From an uncultured Saprospiraceae bacterium (lineage in GTDB: Bacteria; Bacteroidota; Bacteroidia; Chitinophagales; Saprospiraceae), in the NCBI GenBank assembly GCA_937921525.1, contig CAKZUM010000221.1, forward strand, positions 9,342-73,341: a stretch of DNA of 64,000 bases, in the 5' to 3' direction. The translations under genes and the position numbers were made by a program. Under the pieces are notes generated by a model. It made no database searches and was not told where the DNA came from. It saw only the letters and a program-made list of their open reading frames with translations. Of this stretch, positions 1-8,819 are shown in pieces. Each line of letters opens with the position of its first letter. Position 1 is the stretch's first letter.

Positions 1-578
1 TTAATTGCCCAACAGCAGAGTTGGATTGTAGTGAATTACAAACTTATCGGGTAGACAAATACGCTACCATTTGTGTAAAGTCGAACCATTACTCTATACC
101 AGAGCAATATGTAGGAAAACGAGTAGATGTGAAATTATATGCAAATCGCTTAGTTGTATACCTCAATCGTCAGCTGGTGGCATCCCATCAGCGAAGACAT
201 ACGAACTCTGAGTGGTACTTAGATTTATCTCACTATCTAAATTCTTTACAACGTAAACCAGGGGCTTTAAAACGGTCTGTAGCATTACAACAAGCTGAAG
301 AAGCATTGAGAAATATTTATTTTCAACACTTCCAAGAACAGCCCAAATCGTTCATTGAATTATTGCACTATCAAAGAAACCACTCCTTGAGTTCTTCTCA
401 AATTCAGCAAGCTATTAATGAGTTATTTCGATTGGGATGCAGGATGATTACGCTTGATAAAATCAAAATTCGCCTAGAACATACCCCTACCGAAGAAGAA
501 ATAATAGAGGAAGGAGAAATTGAACTTTTATCAAGGGAGCAGTTAAAGCAGCTAAGTCAATTATTAGCTGGTAGTTAA
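1..578 (+). CDS. istA: IS21-family transposase IstA, C-terminal part (5' end lies upstream of the window)
   Basis: The frame is open from the window edge. C-terminal IstA-like motifs are present (HYSIP..., HQRRH, HYLNSLQRKPGALKRS). An IstB gene follows 33 nt downstream. Confidence 0.8.
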   Translation, partial: NCPTAELDCSELQTYRVDKYATICVKSNHYSIPEQYVGKRVDVKLYANRLVVYLNRQLVASHQRRHTNSEWYLDLSHYLNSLQRKPGALKRSVALQQAEEALRNIYFQHFQEQPKSFIELLHYQRNHSLSSSQIQQAINELFRLGCRMITLDKIKIRLEHTPTEEEIIEEGEIELLSREQLKQLSQLLAGS

Positions 579-611
579 TAGAATTATTAATCATCAGGAA
601 TTTGTAAACAA

Positions 612-1451
612 ATGAGCCAATCTTTAAAAGAACAAATCATTCATTATTCTAAACTCCTACGACTACCTTCTTTTAGAAGAGAGTACTTGGAGAAAGCTCA
701 ACAGGCAGCGCAGGAAAATAAGAGCTATGAGGCCTATCTCTTAGAATTGATGCAACTGGAATGGATCAACAGAACAGACAGTCGTAAAAAACAACGCATC
801 CGTAGAGCAGGGTTTCCTTATAAAAAGTACTTGCATGATTTGAAAAGAGAAGAATTACCTAAAGATGCTCTTAAAAAATTAAGCCAACTAGAACGACTAG
901 ATTTTATAGATAGTGGCCAGAATGTAGTTCTTGCTGGTAATCCTGGTACAGGGAAGACTCATATTGCTATTGCTCTAGGAATTAAAGCTTGTATGGAAGA
1001 CTACAAAGTGTTATTCACTACACTTCCGCGATTGATCACACAAATAAAAGAGAGTCGCTCCAGTAATTGGAGGCGCCAACTAGAGAGTAAATTTGAAAAA
1101 TATGATCTAGTAATTTGTGATGAATTTGGGTATATCTCCTTTGATAAAGAAGCAGCAGAATTGCTCTTTACCCATTTATCCCTTAGAGCAGGTAGGAAAT
1201 CAACCATCATTACCACCAACTTATCATTTGATCGGTGGAGTGAAATCTTTGGTGATCCCGTTTTGACAGCTGCTATGGTAGATCGGTTGACCCATAAAGC
1301 ATTCCTTGTCAATATGAAAGGTAATTCCTTTAGAGTAAAAGAAACCAAAAAGTGGATACTTACTCAGCAGGTGCTGGCGACGGCGAATGAAATAGAAGAG
1401 GAAGACGTACCTATCGAACTTCCTGATTATCGACCTTTACCGTTTGAATAA
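612..1451 (+). CDS. istB: IS21-family helper ATPase IstB
   Basis: Walker A GNPGTGKTHIAIALG, Walker B LVICDEFGY, and the typical IstB C-terminus (TTNLSFDRWSEIF...DRLTH). It sits directly after istA. Confidence 0.9.
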   Translation: MSQSLKEQIIHYSKLLRLPSFRREYLEKAQQAAQENKSYEAYLLELMQLEWINRTDSRKKQRIRRAGFPYKKYLHDLKREELPKDALKKLSQLERLDFIDSGQNVVLAGNPGTGKTHIAIALGIKACMEDYKVLFTTLPRLITQIKESRSSNWRRQLESKFEKYDLVICDEFGYISFDKEAAELLFTHLSLRAGRKSTIITTNLSFDRWSEIFGDPVLTAAMVDRLTHKAFLVNMKGNSFRVKETKKWILTQQVLATANEIEEEDVPIELPDYRPLPFE

Positions 1452-1682
1452 GAAAAACAAAAGCGACATAAGGACATTTTACAGCAAATCTATGTTTGCA
1501 ATTACTACTCAAAAAAAAGGTCCAATCATTACGTATTTGATTGAACCTTTACCACTTATTGTCAGTAGTGGCCAAACTGCTTGCAAAAATGAGTTTGCAC
1601 CCTTGTTTTGGAACGTCCTCACAAACCTCAAAGGGCATGACAAATATAATATTATTTGATAGAGCAATGATTTTATCCAGAA

Positions 1683-2621
1683 GAAGTTGTTTAAAAATAG
1701 AAGGCTCAAAAAAGACAGATTATAATAAATGTTGCAAAAGCATTAAATTGAAAGTTCTCACACACAACAATTTAAAAGCTTCCACAACATGTATGTAAAT
1801 TTATCTAAAAAGTTCATAACAGAAAATTTATTACCCTATTTGAGCCAATCTAATTTAGGTAGAAAAACAAAAGTTCCTTTATGGCGAATTGTTAAAGCAA
1901 TTATTTATCGCCTCAAAAGTGGATGCCAATGGAGAGAACTACCTATTTCTGCTTTTTGTAGTCGAATACTAATTAGCTGGAATTCAATCTATTACCACTT
2001 TAGAAAATGGTCTAAAGATGGATCATGGAAAAAGATGTGGACAAAAAATCTGTCCATAAACAGATCAAAACTAGATATGTCCTCTGTACAATTAGATGGT
2101 TCTCATACCCCCGCCAAAAGAGGTGGAGATGCAGTAGCTTATCAAAATCGTAAAAAATCTAAAACTACTAATGCGCTATTTTTAACCGATAGACAAGGTC
2201 TTCCATTAGCTATGTCAGCACCTATTAGTGGTAATCATAATGACCTTTTTAAGATCGAAATTTTCTTCACTAAAATGTTGTCGGATATAGAGGCTGCTCA
2301 AATAGAAACAAACGGATTGTTTCTAAATGCAGATGCAGGTTTTGATAGCGAAGGTTTCAGAGAAATATGTTTTTCAAAAGATATTATTGCTAATATTGAT
2401 TTTAATAAACGTAATTCAAAGAATACTGATAATCAACCACTTTTAGATGATGAATTATATAAAGAACGTTTTTCTGTAGAGAGAACAAATGCTTGGATTG
2501 ATGCTTTTAAGGCATTGTTAGTTAGATTCGAAACCAAATCTGATACATGGATGAGTTTGCATTACATGGCTTTTTCTCTAATCCTTATTAGAATTCAAAC
2601 AAATCATTTTTAAACAACTTC
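1683..2621 (+). mobile_element. Compact IS5-family-like insertion sequence (939 bp)
   Basis: 15-bp perfect terminal inverted repeats: GAAGTTGTTTAAAAA (1683-1697) and TTTTTAAACAACTTC (2607-2621). A single DDE transposase ORF has its stop codon inside the right IR. GAA occurs on both flanks (1680-1682, 2622-2624). Confidence 0.7.
1789..2613 (+). CDS. IS5/IS4-superfamily DDE transposase (DUF4096-type N-terminus)
   Basis: N-terminal motif WRIVKAIIYRLKSGCQWRELP is typical of IS5-family transposases. The C-terminal ERTNAWID...L..RFE motif is also present. Confidence 0.85.
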   Translation: MYVNLSKKFITENLLPYLSQSNLGRKTKVPLWRIVKAIIYRLKSGCQWRELPISAFCSRILISWNSIYYHFRKWSKDGSWKKMWTKNLSINRSKLDMSSVQLDGSHTPAKRGGDAVAYQNRKKSKTTNALFLTDRQGLPLAMSAPISGNHNDLFKIEIFFTKMLSDIEAAQIETNGLFLNADAGFDSEGFREICFSKDIIANIDFNKRNSKNTDNQPLLDDELYKERFSVERTNAWIDAFKALLVRFETKSDTWMSLHYMAFSLILIRIQTNHF

Positions 2622-2669
2622 GAAATATGAATTGCTAAGTGGTACACTTTTCAATTAAAATTATGGTAC

Positions 2670-2677
2670 ACTATTGA
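2670..2677. repeat. Left copy of the 8-bp target-site duplication ACTATTGA of the ISL3 element
   Basis: The identical octamer directly abuts both inverted repeats. Confidence 0.8.
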
Positions 2678-4386
2678 GGTTCTTCGTCACTTTTGGTGAT
2701 ACTTGGTAAAAATGTAGCTAATTCTTAGATTTCGGGGATGAGACTCGATGTATTACTACCCGATATTTCAGGCTTGACTTTAGAGCGGGTGGAGATGGAG
2801 GAAGAATGCCTAAAGATTACCACTATTTCTCAGAAGAAATCCTTGTGTCCAATATGTAAAACCCCTAGTGATTCTGTTCACAGTAGCTACACACGAGAGG
2901 TGGCAGATTTACCTTGGGCAGGCTTTGCTATTAAGATTGTCCTGAAAGTACACAAGTTTTTTTGTAAAGAAGATGCCTGTGAAAGAATAATTTTTACTCA
3001 ACGATTTGAAAGATTACCTCCTTATGCACGGCGCACAGATAGACAACGTGATAAATTAACATCTATAGGGATGGCTGCTGGTGGAAATGTAGGTGCTAAA
3101 TTAAGCAAAGGCTTAGGGCTACCAATAAGTGCTTCTACTATTTTAAGACTATTAAATACACCAGAAGAAAATGAAGTGGAAACACCTCGTGTATTAGGAA
3201 TTGATGATTGGGCAATTAGGAAAGGTCAAGTGTATGGAACCATTATGGTTGATTTAGAAAAACGTAAGCCTATTGATTTAATCCCGAGTAGAGAAACGGA
3301 GGCAGTTGTAAAATGGTTGGAAGCACATCCAGGTGTTGAAATAGTCAGTAGAGATAGAGCCACCGCCTACGCAGAAGCAATAGAACAAGGAGCACCAGAT
3401 GCTATTCAAGTAGCTGACAGATGGCATCTAATAAAAAATATGACGGATGCTTTAAAGCGATTAATGAATAGATATAATCAAGCTAGTCGAAAAGTAGCGG
3501 TTCAAATAGCAGAGGCAGAACAAGCTAAGATTACAGAAGCTTTAAAATTAATGGATTCTTGTAAGGATAACTGCAACCAAGATATTACTAAAGAAAGTAA
3601 AGATGCTCCATCTAAGTATGAGTTACTATTTAAAGAAGTTAAAAAACTTCAGAAAAAAGGAATATCGCAACGAGAGATTAGTCGGAGATTACAAATAAAT
3701 CGTTCAACAGTATCTAAATACATGGAGTACGATGAGTTCCCTAAAAGAATAACTCCACCTCGTCAAGCACCAAAAGCGAGTAAGTTCAGCACTTACCTTA
3801 CTAAGAGGTGGCAAGAGGGCGAACAAAACTATCATCAATTATGGAGAGAAATTAAGGAGCAAGGATTCGATGGGTCTTTCGTAAGCATTTATAGGTATAT
3901 GATCAAAAACTTCACTAAAGAAAATGATGGTGGTACTTCAAAAAATAGTGTGCCTGTAAAAGTATATTCTGCAAGGCGGCTTAGTTTTTTAATGTATAGA
4001 GAAGCAGATAAATTGAAACCAAAGGAACAGCACTATCTAGATTTGTTATTTGAACATTGTCCTCAAGCGAAACAAGCAAGCGAGCTTGCAAAAAGATATA
4101 AGGATATTCTAGTTAATAAAAAATCTGACCTCTTGGATCAATGGATAGAAGATGCAATAGAAAGTGGCAAAGAAGTTATAATGACATTTGCTAAGAATCT
4201 TATGCAAGATTATGATGCTATAAAAAATGCATGTACACTTGAATGGAGTAATGGGCAAGTCGAGGGACAGGTAAATCGGCTAAAAAACATCAAGCGTCAA
4301 ATGTATGGCAGGGGAAGTTTTGAACTTCTGAAAAAGAAGGTGCTATCCGACTGGTAGCCAATTATCACCAAAAGTGACGAAGAACC
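2678..4386 (+). mobile_element. Intact ISL3-family insertion sequence (1709 bp)
   Basis: 24-bp perfect terminal IRs: GGTTCTTCGTCACTTTTGGTGATA (2678-2701) and its exact reverse complement (4363-4386). The GGYTCTT start is typical of ISL3. The element is flanked by an 8-bp TSD. Confidence 0.9.
2738..4357 (+). CDS. ISL3-family transposase
   Basis: N-terminal zinc-finger region (CPICK...HSSY..R.V.DLP), the DDE region (GIDDWA...) and the hallmark ADRWHLIKN motif. Confidence 0.9.
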   Translation: MRLDVLLPDISGLTLERVEMEEECLKITTISQKKSLCPICKTPSDSVHSSYTREVADLPWAGFAIKIVLKVHKFFCKEDACERIIFTQRFERLPPYARRTDRQRDKLTSIGMAAGGNVGAKLSKGLGLPISASTILRLLNTPEENEVETPRVLGIDDWAIRKGQVYGTIMVDLEKRKPIDLIPSRETEAVVKWLEAHPGVEIVSRDRATAYAEAIEQGAPDAIQVADRWHLIKNMTDALKRLMNRYNQASRKVAVQIAEAEQAKITEALKLMDSCKDNCNQDITKESKDAPSKYELLFKEVKKLQKKGISQREISRRLQINRSTVSKYMEYDEFPKRITPPRQAPKASKFSTYLTKRWQEGEQNYHQLWREIKEQGFDGSFVSIYRYMIKNFTKENDGGTSKNSVPVKVYSARRLSFLMYREADKLKPKEQHYLDLLFEHCPQAKQASELAKRYKDILVNKKSDLLDQWIEDAIESGKEVIMTFAKNLMQDYDAIKNACTLEWSNGQVEGQVNRLKNIKRQMYGRGSFELLKKKVLSDW

Positions 4387-4394
4387 ACTATTGA
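4387..4394. repeat. Right copy of the 8-bp target-site duplication ACTATTGA of the ISL3 element
   Basis: Identical to 2670-2677 and directly abuts the right IR. Confidence 0.8.
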
Positions 4395-4662
4395 ATTATT
4401 ACTTACAGTCTGGGGTAGGGGCTTCGTTTGATCTGCTTCTATCGCTATATGCACTAGCTGATATAGTAGCGACATAGCGTTGGGTTTATCTTGCAGGATA
4501 CAGGCTATTCGTTTTTTGTTGATTCTTTTTAGTATCTCTGTAATTGTCATTGCTGTAAAATAGAAGTATTTAACGTAGTAGTAAGGTTTACTTTTCCAAA
4601 GTCTTTATTGGACAGCAATTCTAGATATAGGCAAAATAGGATCAAATACCTATCTTGTGCTT

Positions 4663-6066
4663 ATGAAAAATATAAAGATAGACGAGCTATTTAAGTATAC
4701 TAAAGCGCAATTTGATAAATTTAAGGACCATCGAGGAGCGAATAAGCAGTATAGTATAGGAGATTGTGTGCAAAGTGGACTGGCAGTATTTTCCTTAAAA
4801 GATAGTTCTCTGTTAAGTTACAACAATCAAATTACAGAGCGATTAGAAAACTTAAAGAGAATATATAAAATTAATAATCCTCCTTCAGATGGACAGATGC
4901 GGGAGGTATTAGATGAAATTGTACCTATTCAGATTGAACGAGTCAAACGGGAAGTAATTAAAAAGATTCAACAAAAAGAGTTGCTCAAAGAATTTGAATA
5001 TTTTCCAGGTTATTTATTATTAGCCGTTGATGGCGTACATCATTTCAGTAGCAAAAGTGTGAATTGTGTTAACTGCTTAGAACGCAATCATAGCGATGGA
5101 ACGATAACTTATTCTCATTCTATGTTAGCTTCTGTGATTACACATCCCACAAAGAAAATAGTGATTCCTTTATGTGAGGAGCCAATTGTACATCAAGATG
5201 GACAAACGAAAAACGATTGTGAAATTAATGCAGCCATCCGCTTATTTGATAAAACTCGGACTCGGCATATGGATTTAAAATTCATTCGACTAGAAGATGC
5301 CTTATTTGCAAATGGTCCACATATTCAGAAAATACAGAGTACAGGAGATAAGTATATAATATGCGTCAAAGAAGGAAGCGGAGCGGGAAGCGTTATTAAG
5401 CAGTACGAGCATCTATTAGAAATAACGGATGCAGAAAGACTGGCCAATAAAAAAGCTGCAGCCAAAGCGCATAAACTATACAAATGGCATGGTATAGAGA
5501 AGCCTGTAGCAGATAAACCAGTCGTTAAAGTACTAGAGCTTAAAGAAGACAAAATCCTCAAAGTGTATCATTATGTAAATGGCTTATATTTGAATGAAGC
5601 ACACAAAGAGATGAAAGTGAATTTTGTCCATTACGAGGAGCGTTCAATTACCACAAACAAAATACTGAAGCGGTTTGATTGGATAACAGATATTAGCGTA
5701 ACACAAGAGAATGTAGAAAAAATAGAAAAAGCGGGACGAGCACGCTGGAAGATAGAAAATGAGACCTTCAATACTCTAAAGAATCAAGGTTATAACTTTA
5801 AGCATAATTTTGGTCATGGGGAGAAAAATTTATGCACTAATTTTGCCTTATTGATGATGCTAGCATTTTTGATAGATCAGATACAGCAGCTTAGTAATGA
5901 AGTTTTCCAAAAAGTACTAGCAAAAAAGAAGTGGAAAAAATACATATGGGAAGATGTCCGTTCCTTTTTTAGGACCTTACCTTTTGAATCTATGGATATG
6001 ATTTATAAGGCGATCCTTTATGGTATTAAAGTAGAATACCTGGCTATCCAAGAAAATAGTGATTAG
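4663..6066 (+). CDS. IS4-like/ISNCY-like DDE transposase
   Basis: C-terminal RARWKIENETFNTLKNQGYNFKHNFGHG motif (R-x3-E...K signature of IS4-type DDE enzymes). The ORF-track start is GTG at 4657 and the first ATG is at 4663. Element ends were not resolved. Confidence 0.75.
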   Translation: MKNIKIDELFKYTKAQFDKFKDHRGANKQYSIGDCVQSGLAVFSLKDSSLLSYNNQITERLENLKRIYKINNPPSDGQMREVLDEIVPIQIERVKREVIKKIQQKELLKEFEYFPGYLLLAVDGVHHFSSKSVNCVNCLERNHSDGTITYSHSMLASVITHPTKKIVIPLCEEPIVHQDGQTKNDCEINAAIRLFDKTRTRHMDLKFIRLEDALFANGPHIQKIQSTGDKYIICVKEGSGAGSVIKQYEHLLEITDAERLANKKAAAKAHKLYKWHGIEKPVADKPVVKVLELKEDKILKVYHYVNGLYLNEAHKEMKVNFVHYEERSITTNKILKRFDWITDISVTQENVEKIEKAGRARWKIENETFNTLKNQGYNFKHNFGHGEKNLCTNFALLMMLAFLIDQIQQLSNEVFQKVLAKKKWKKYIWEDVRSFFRTLPFESMDMIYKAILYGIKVEYLAIQENSD

Positions 6067-6373
6067 TTCCAAATAATTAATCTGGAATCTATAATCTCGG
6101 AATTGGTCTAGTTAAGAAGGGCTTAAAAAAGAGTAGGAAACCCAGACTCTTGACGCGCTACAGCAATATCTTTTTTACAGAATGTAGCTTTTAGCGGTCC
6201 AATAACAACAGTCATTTTTTCAAATTAGAGATTTTGGTGCTCAAAATTACACCTAGATAGGTTAATAATATTTTAGTAAATTTTATGTATAGGCATATCC
6301 AGAATTACTGTTATTGGATTTTTAAAATCTTACTCATTTGTTTATTTCTTTTGATATTTTATTGGATGAGTCA

Positions 6374-6402
6374 AGTCAGAAAATCCAATAAATTTTCTGA
6401 CT
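6374..6402 (-). terminator. Hairpin (11-bp stem AGTCAGAAAAT / ATTTTCTGACT, 7-nt loop) downstream of the ParB-like gene
   Basis: Perfect inverted repeat read directly from the sequence. It is the second of two tandem hairpins after the stop at 6461. Confidence 0.35.
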
Positions 6403-6419
6403 TATCGAAACGCTATTAA

Positions 6420-6451
6420 TTAAACAGGTTGGAATGTACCAACCTGTTTAA
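6420..6451 (-). terminator. Hairpin (13-bp perfect stem TTAAACAGGTTGG / CCAACCTGTTTAA, 6-nt loop), 10 nt after the ParB-like stop codon
   Basis: Perfect inverted repeat immediately 3' of the minus-strand CDS. There is no clear U-tract. Confidence 0.55.
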
Positions 6452-6460
6452 TACACTAAC

Positions 6461-8737
6461 TCATTGACTATTCTTTTTTTCACTATCCGCTGTCAATTGA
6501 ATTTCTCCTTGTTTTTTATCTAGCAAATAAGATAAGTCCTGCTGATTAGACACCTTCTTGATGATGGATATACATTCAGAGTGGAGTAGAGGAAGCCTAA
6601 TTTTTTTCTCTTGAATTATTGCTGTAATAAAAGCTGCTACCGCAATTGCTTTATCTGTTTCTGTGGCAATCCCTATACAAGCCTTCAAGAAAATAGCTAC
6701 CATGTTTGTTGGCGTACTCCATTTTGTAGGTACTGGATTTTTCAACTTTCGACAACTTGCTTTTTTGTAGGTTTCTAGAAAGTCTATTTCTTGCTGAGAC
6801 AAACTAAAATCTGGAAACAAGAGGTCCAGTTCTGCTTTCTTGCCTCTTAGTTTTTGTAGCACCTGTTCTGGAAGATATTCTATATCTTTTAGAGAGACGC
6901 CTACTAACCGACAAGCCTTACGTCCTTTGGCTTCATCACTTAACACCTTCAATAGTTGTTTCTTACTCTTCCAATTCCATATACCTACTTGATACGGTAA
7001 TTTGAAATACAGGGCGTATATCTTATTGCGCAAGGTTTGTTCCTTTTCCTGCCATCCCTGTTGTCGTTTCTGATGATTGATTTCTAGTTCCTCCATACTA
7101 AGGTCTAGATTCTGCTGATACATCTTTGTAAAATCTAGCTTTGCCAGTTCACCCCATTTTGCTACTGATTCCCAATGTTGGTCATAATCATGAAATAGAT
7201 AAGCTAGTAGTAAGGCTTGATAAGATTTCTCTTTACCATATTTCTCTAGGCTCTCTACTAAGCGATTGATAGGGTAGGTATCAAAGTATTCGCCTTTCTT
7301 GATTCCTAAAAGGATGGCAAAAGTATTTGTTACATCTGATGAACTAGAGCGATACAAAGCTTCAAACCCATACAACAGAAATTGTCCTTGCAGCTGTTCT
7401 ATAATTAATGAAAGGGTATCTTGTTGCAATAGTTGCTTTCCCCATTCTATAGCGGTCAACATTCTAGTCGATCGCTCTGTATTTTGTTTTTCTTGGACTA
7501 ATCGCTCTGAGCGTTTATATTCCTGTTGCTGTTTTTTCTGCGGATGATGCACTAGGCATTTAGATTTAGCAGGGCATACATAGAGTACCTTTCCTTTGGG
7601 TAAAGATTGAGATTGATAACTGCCATCGGGAATTCCTGCAACAATATGTGGACAAGAACCTTGCTTCACAATCTCATAGTATCGAATCATCTTTTGACCA
7701 TTTTCTAATTCTTCCTCTGCTGCCTTGCCGCCCCAACCATTATCATATTGTTCATTAAGTAGGACAAATGGTATTTTCTGATCTGCTAATTGAGTCGCTA
7801 AAACCGCTATTTGCTTTTCTTTCTTCGCTTTATAACATTTAGATTGAAAGCAGTAGGTTTGTTCTACCACTTTGTCTCGCCAATCTTGTTCTTGAACTAG
7901 TTTTAAGTATCGGCATCCCGTACAGGCTTTTGTGTCGTATTCTTCAATCCCTAGATTTTCATCAGTTGTATCAAATGGTACGGTATCGAGTTCAAAGGCT
8001 ACCCGAAACCTATTAAAGAAGCCTAGTAAACTATCATCTGATTTAGTGACAGGGGCTTCTTGAAACTCTTTGGCTAATGCTTCTTGCATATCCTGTTCCA
8101 TACCCATTACTAGATAACCTTGATGGGGTTTGGATTTATAGGACTTTAAAATTCCACTATTCAAGAAAGGATAAAGGCTAGGATGTAAAGCCACTAGATC
8201 AATACGTTCGGTAATATATTGCATTCTAGCTTTTCGACTGTTGATTCCTGCAGGAAATTGGATCGTAGATAATAAGTCTCTTTTATTTCCTCCATGCTCA
8301 ATATATCGCTTAAAAGCTACCCCATCTTCTACAAAAGAGGTATTCTTTCTGTCCATATTAAAAGCTATCTGTAGGGATAGAAATTGAGGTAAGGAATGGA
8401 CAGGAATAAACTCTACTTTCACGCTTGCAAATGAATCAGCATTCATTTGATTAGCGATTTCCATTCCGCAGAGTCGTCGTTCTCCATCAATCAAGAGTTG
8501 GTTTCCGTTTTTACAAAGTTCTTGTAGTTGTTCGTTTTGTAAAGCTTCCTCAATCAATACTGCAATTCTAATAGGCGTTAATTGTCCTTCTTCTTGTAAT
8601 CGAATAGCAAAGGCTTTTAGTTCTGTTTGGTCTGCACTCGTAATCACTCGATAATTAAACCTACTGATTTGGAGACATTCCTTTAAGGAGAGGGTAGTAC
8701 TTGTTTCTTCCATAGCTACCGCTTGATTATTATTCAT
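6461..8737 (-). CDS. Large ParB/Srx-like N-terminal-domain protein (758 aa) with central Cys clusters
   Basis: ParB N-domain pattern (QLTPIRI..., LLIDGERRLCG, ...NMDRKNTSFVEDGVAFKRY). Cys-rich middle (CTGCRYLK, CFQSKCYKAKK, CPH...CPAKSKC). Long helical C-terminus. Confidence 0.8.
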   Translation of the reverse strand: MNNNQAVAMEETSTTLSLKECLQISRFNYRVITSADQTELKAFAIRLQEEGQLTPIRIAVLIEEALQNEQLQELCKNGNQLLIDGERRLCGMEIANQMNADSFASVKVEFIPVHSLPQFLSLQIAFNMDRKNTSFVEDGVAFKRYIEHGGNKRDLLSTIQFPAGINSRKARMQYITERIDLVALHPSLYPFLNSGILKSYKSKPHQGYLVMGMEQDMQEALAKEFQEAPVTKSDDSLLGFFNRFRVAFELDTVPFDTTDENLGIEEYDTKACTGCRYLKLVQEQDWRDKVVEQTYCFQSKCYKAKKEKQIAVLATQLADQKIPFVLLNEQYDNGWGGKAAEEELENGQKMIRYYEIVKQGSCPHIVAGIPDGSYQSQSLPKGKVLYVCPAKSKCLVHHPQKKQQQEYKRSERLVQEKQNTERSTRMLTAIEWGKQLLQQDTLSLIIEQLQGQFLLYGFEALYRSSSSDVTNTFAILLGIKKGEYFDTYPINRLVESLEKYGKEKSYQALLLAYLFHDYDQHWESVAKWGELAKLDFTKMYQQNLDLSMEELEINHQKRQQGWQEKEQTLRNKIYALYFKLPYQVGIWNWKSKKQLLKVLSDEAKGRKACRLVGVSLKDIEYLPEQVLQKLRGKKAELDLLFPDFSLSQQEIDFLETYKKASCRKLKNPVPTKWSTPTNMVAIFLKACIGIATETDKAIAVAAFITAIIQEKKIRLPLLHSECISIIKKVSNQQDLSYLLDKKQGEIQLTADSEKKNSQ

Positions 8738-8819
8738 AATACATTGTTTTGTACTGCTTGTGTGTTTGCTGTTAAACTCACACTCTAAACAGTAGAAGTT
8801 AAGAATTTATAACAAGGAG

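Larger units (their letters stand above)
1..1682 (+). mobile_element. IS21-family element, partial (left end outside the window; right end not resolved and apparently invaded by other IS)
   Basis: An istA-istB pair is present. The ORF-poor tail after istB is interrupted at 1683 by the inverted repeat of another IS. Confidence 0.5.

Noticed and set aside
1444-1798. Small ORFs 1444-1659 (+), 1509-1709 (-) and 1541-1798 (+)
   Set aside because: They lie in the non-coding tail of IS21 and across the IS5-like left inverted repeat. They overlap one another and carry no motifs.
4365-4550. Minus-strand 61-aa ORF starting inside the ISL3 right IR/TSD
   Set aside because: It spans an IS boundary and has no supporting features.
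4404-6260. Candidate terminal inverted repeats for the IS4-like element (AGTCTGGG 4404-4411 vs CCCAGACT 6141-6148; TACCTATCT about 4636 vs AGATAGGT about 6256; ATTGCTGTA about 4548 vs TACAGCAAT about 6158)
   Set aside because: Each match is only 8-9 bp and does not extend, so none is convincing. The element boundaries are left unresolved.
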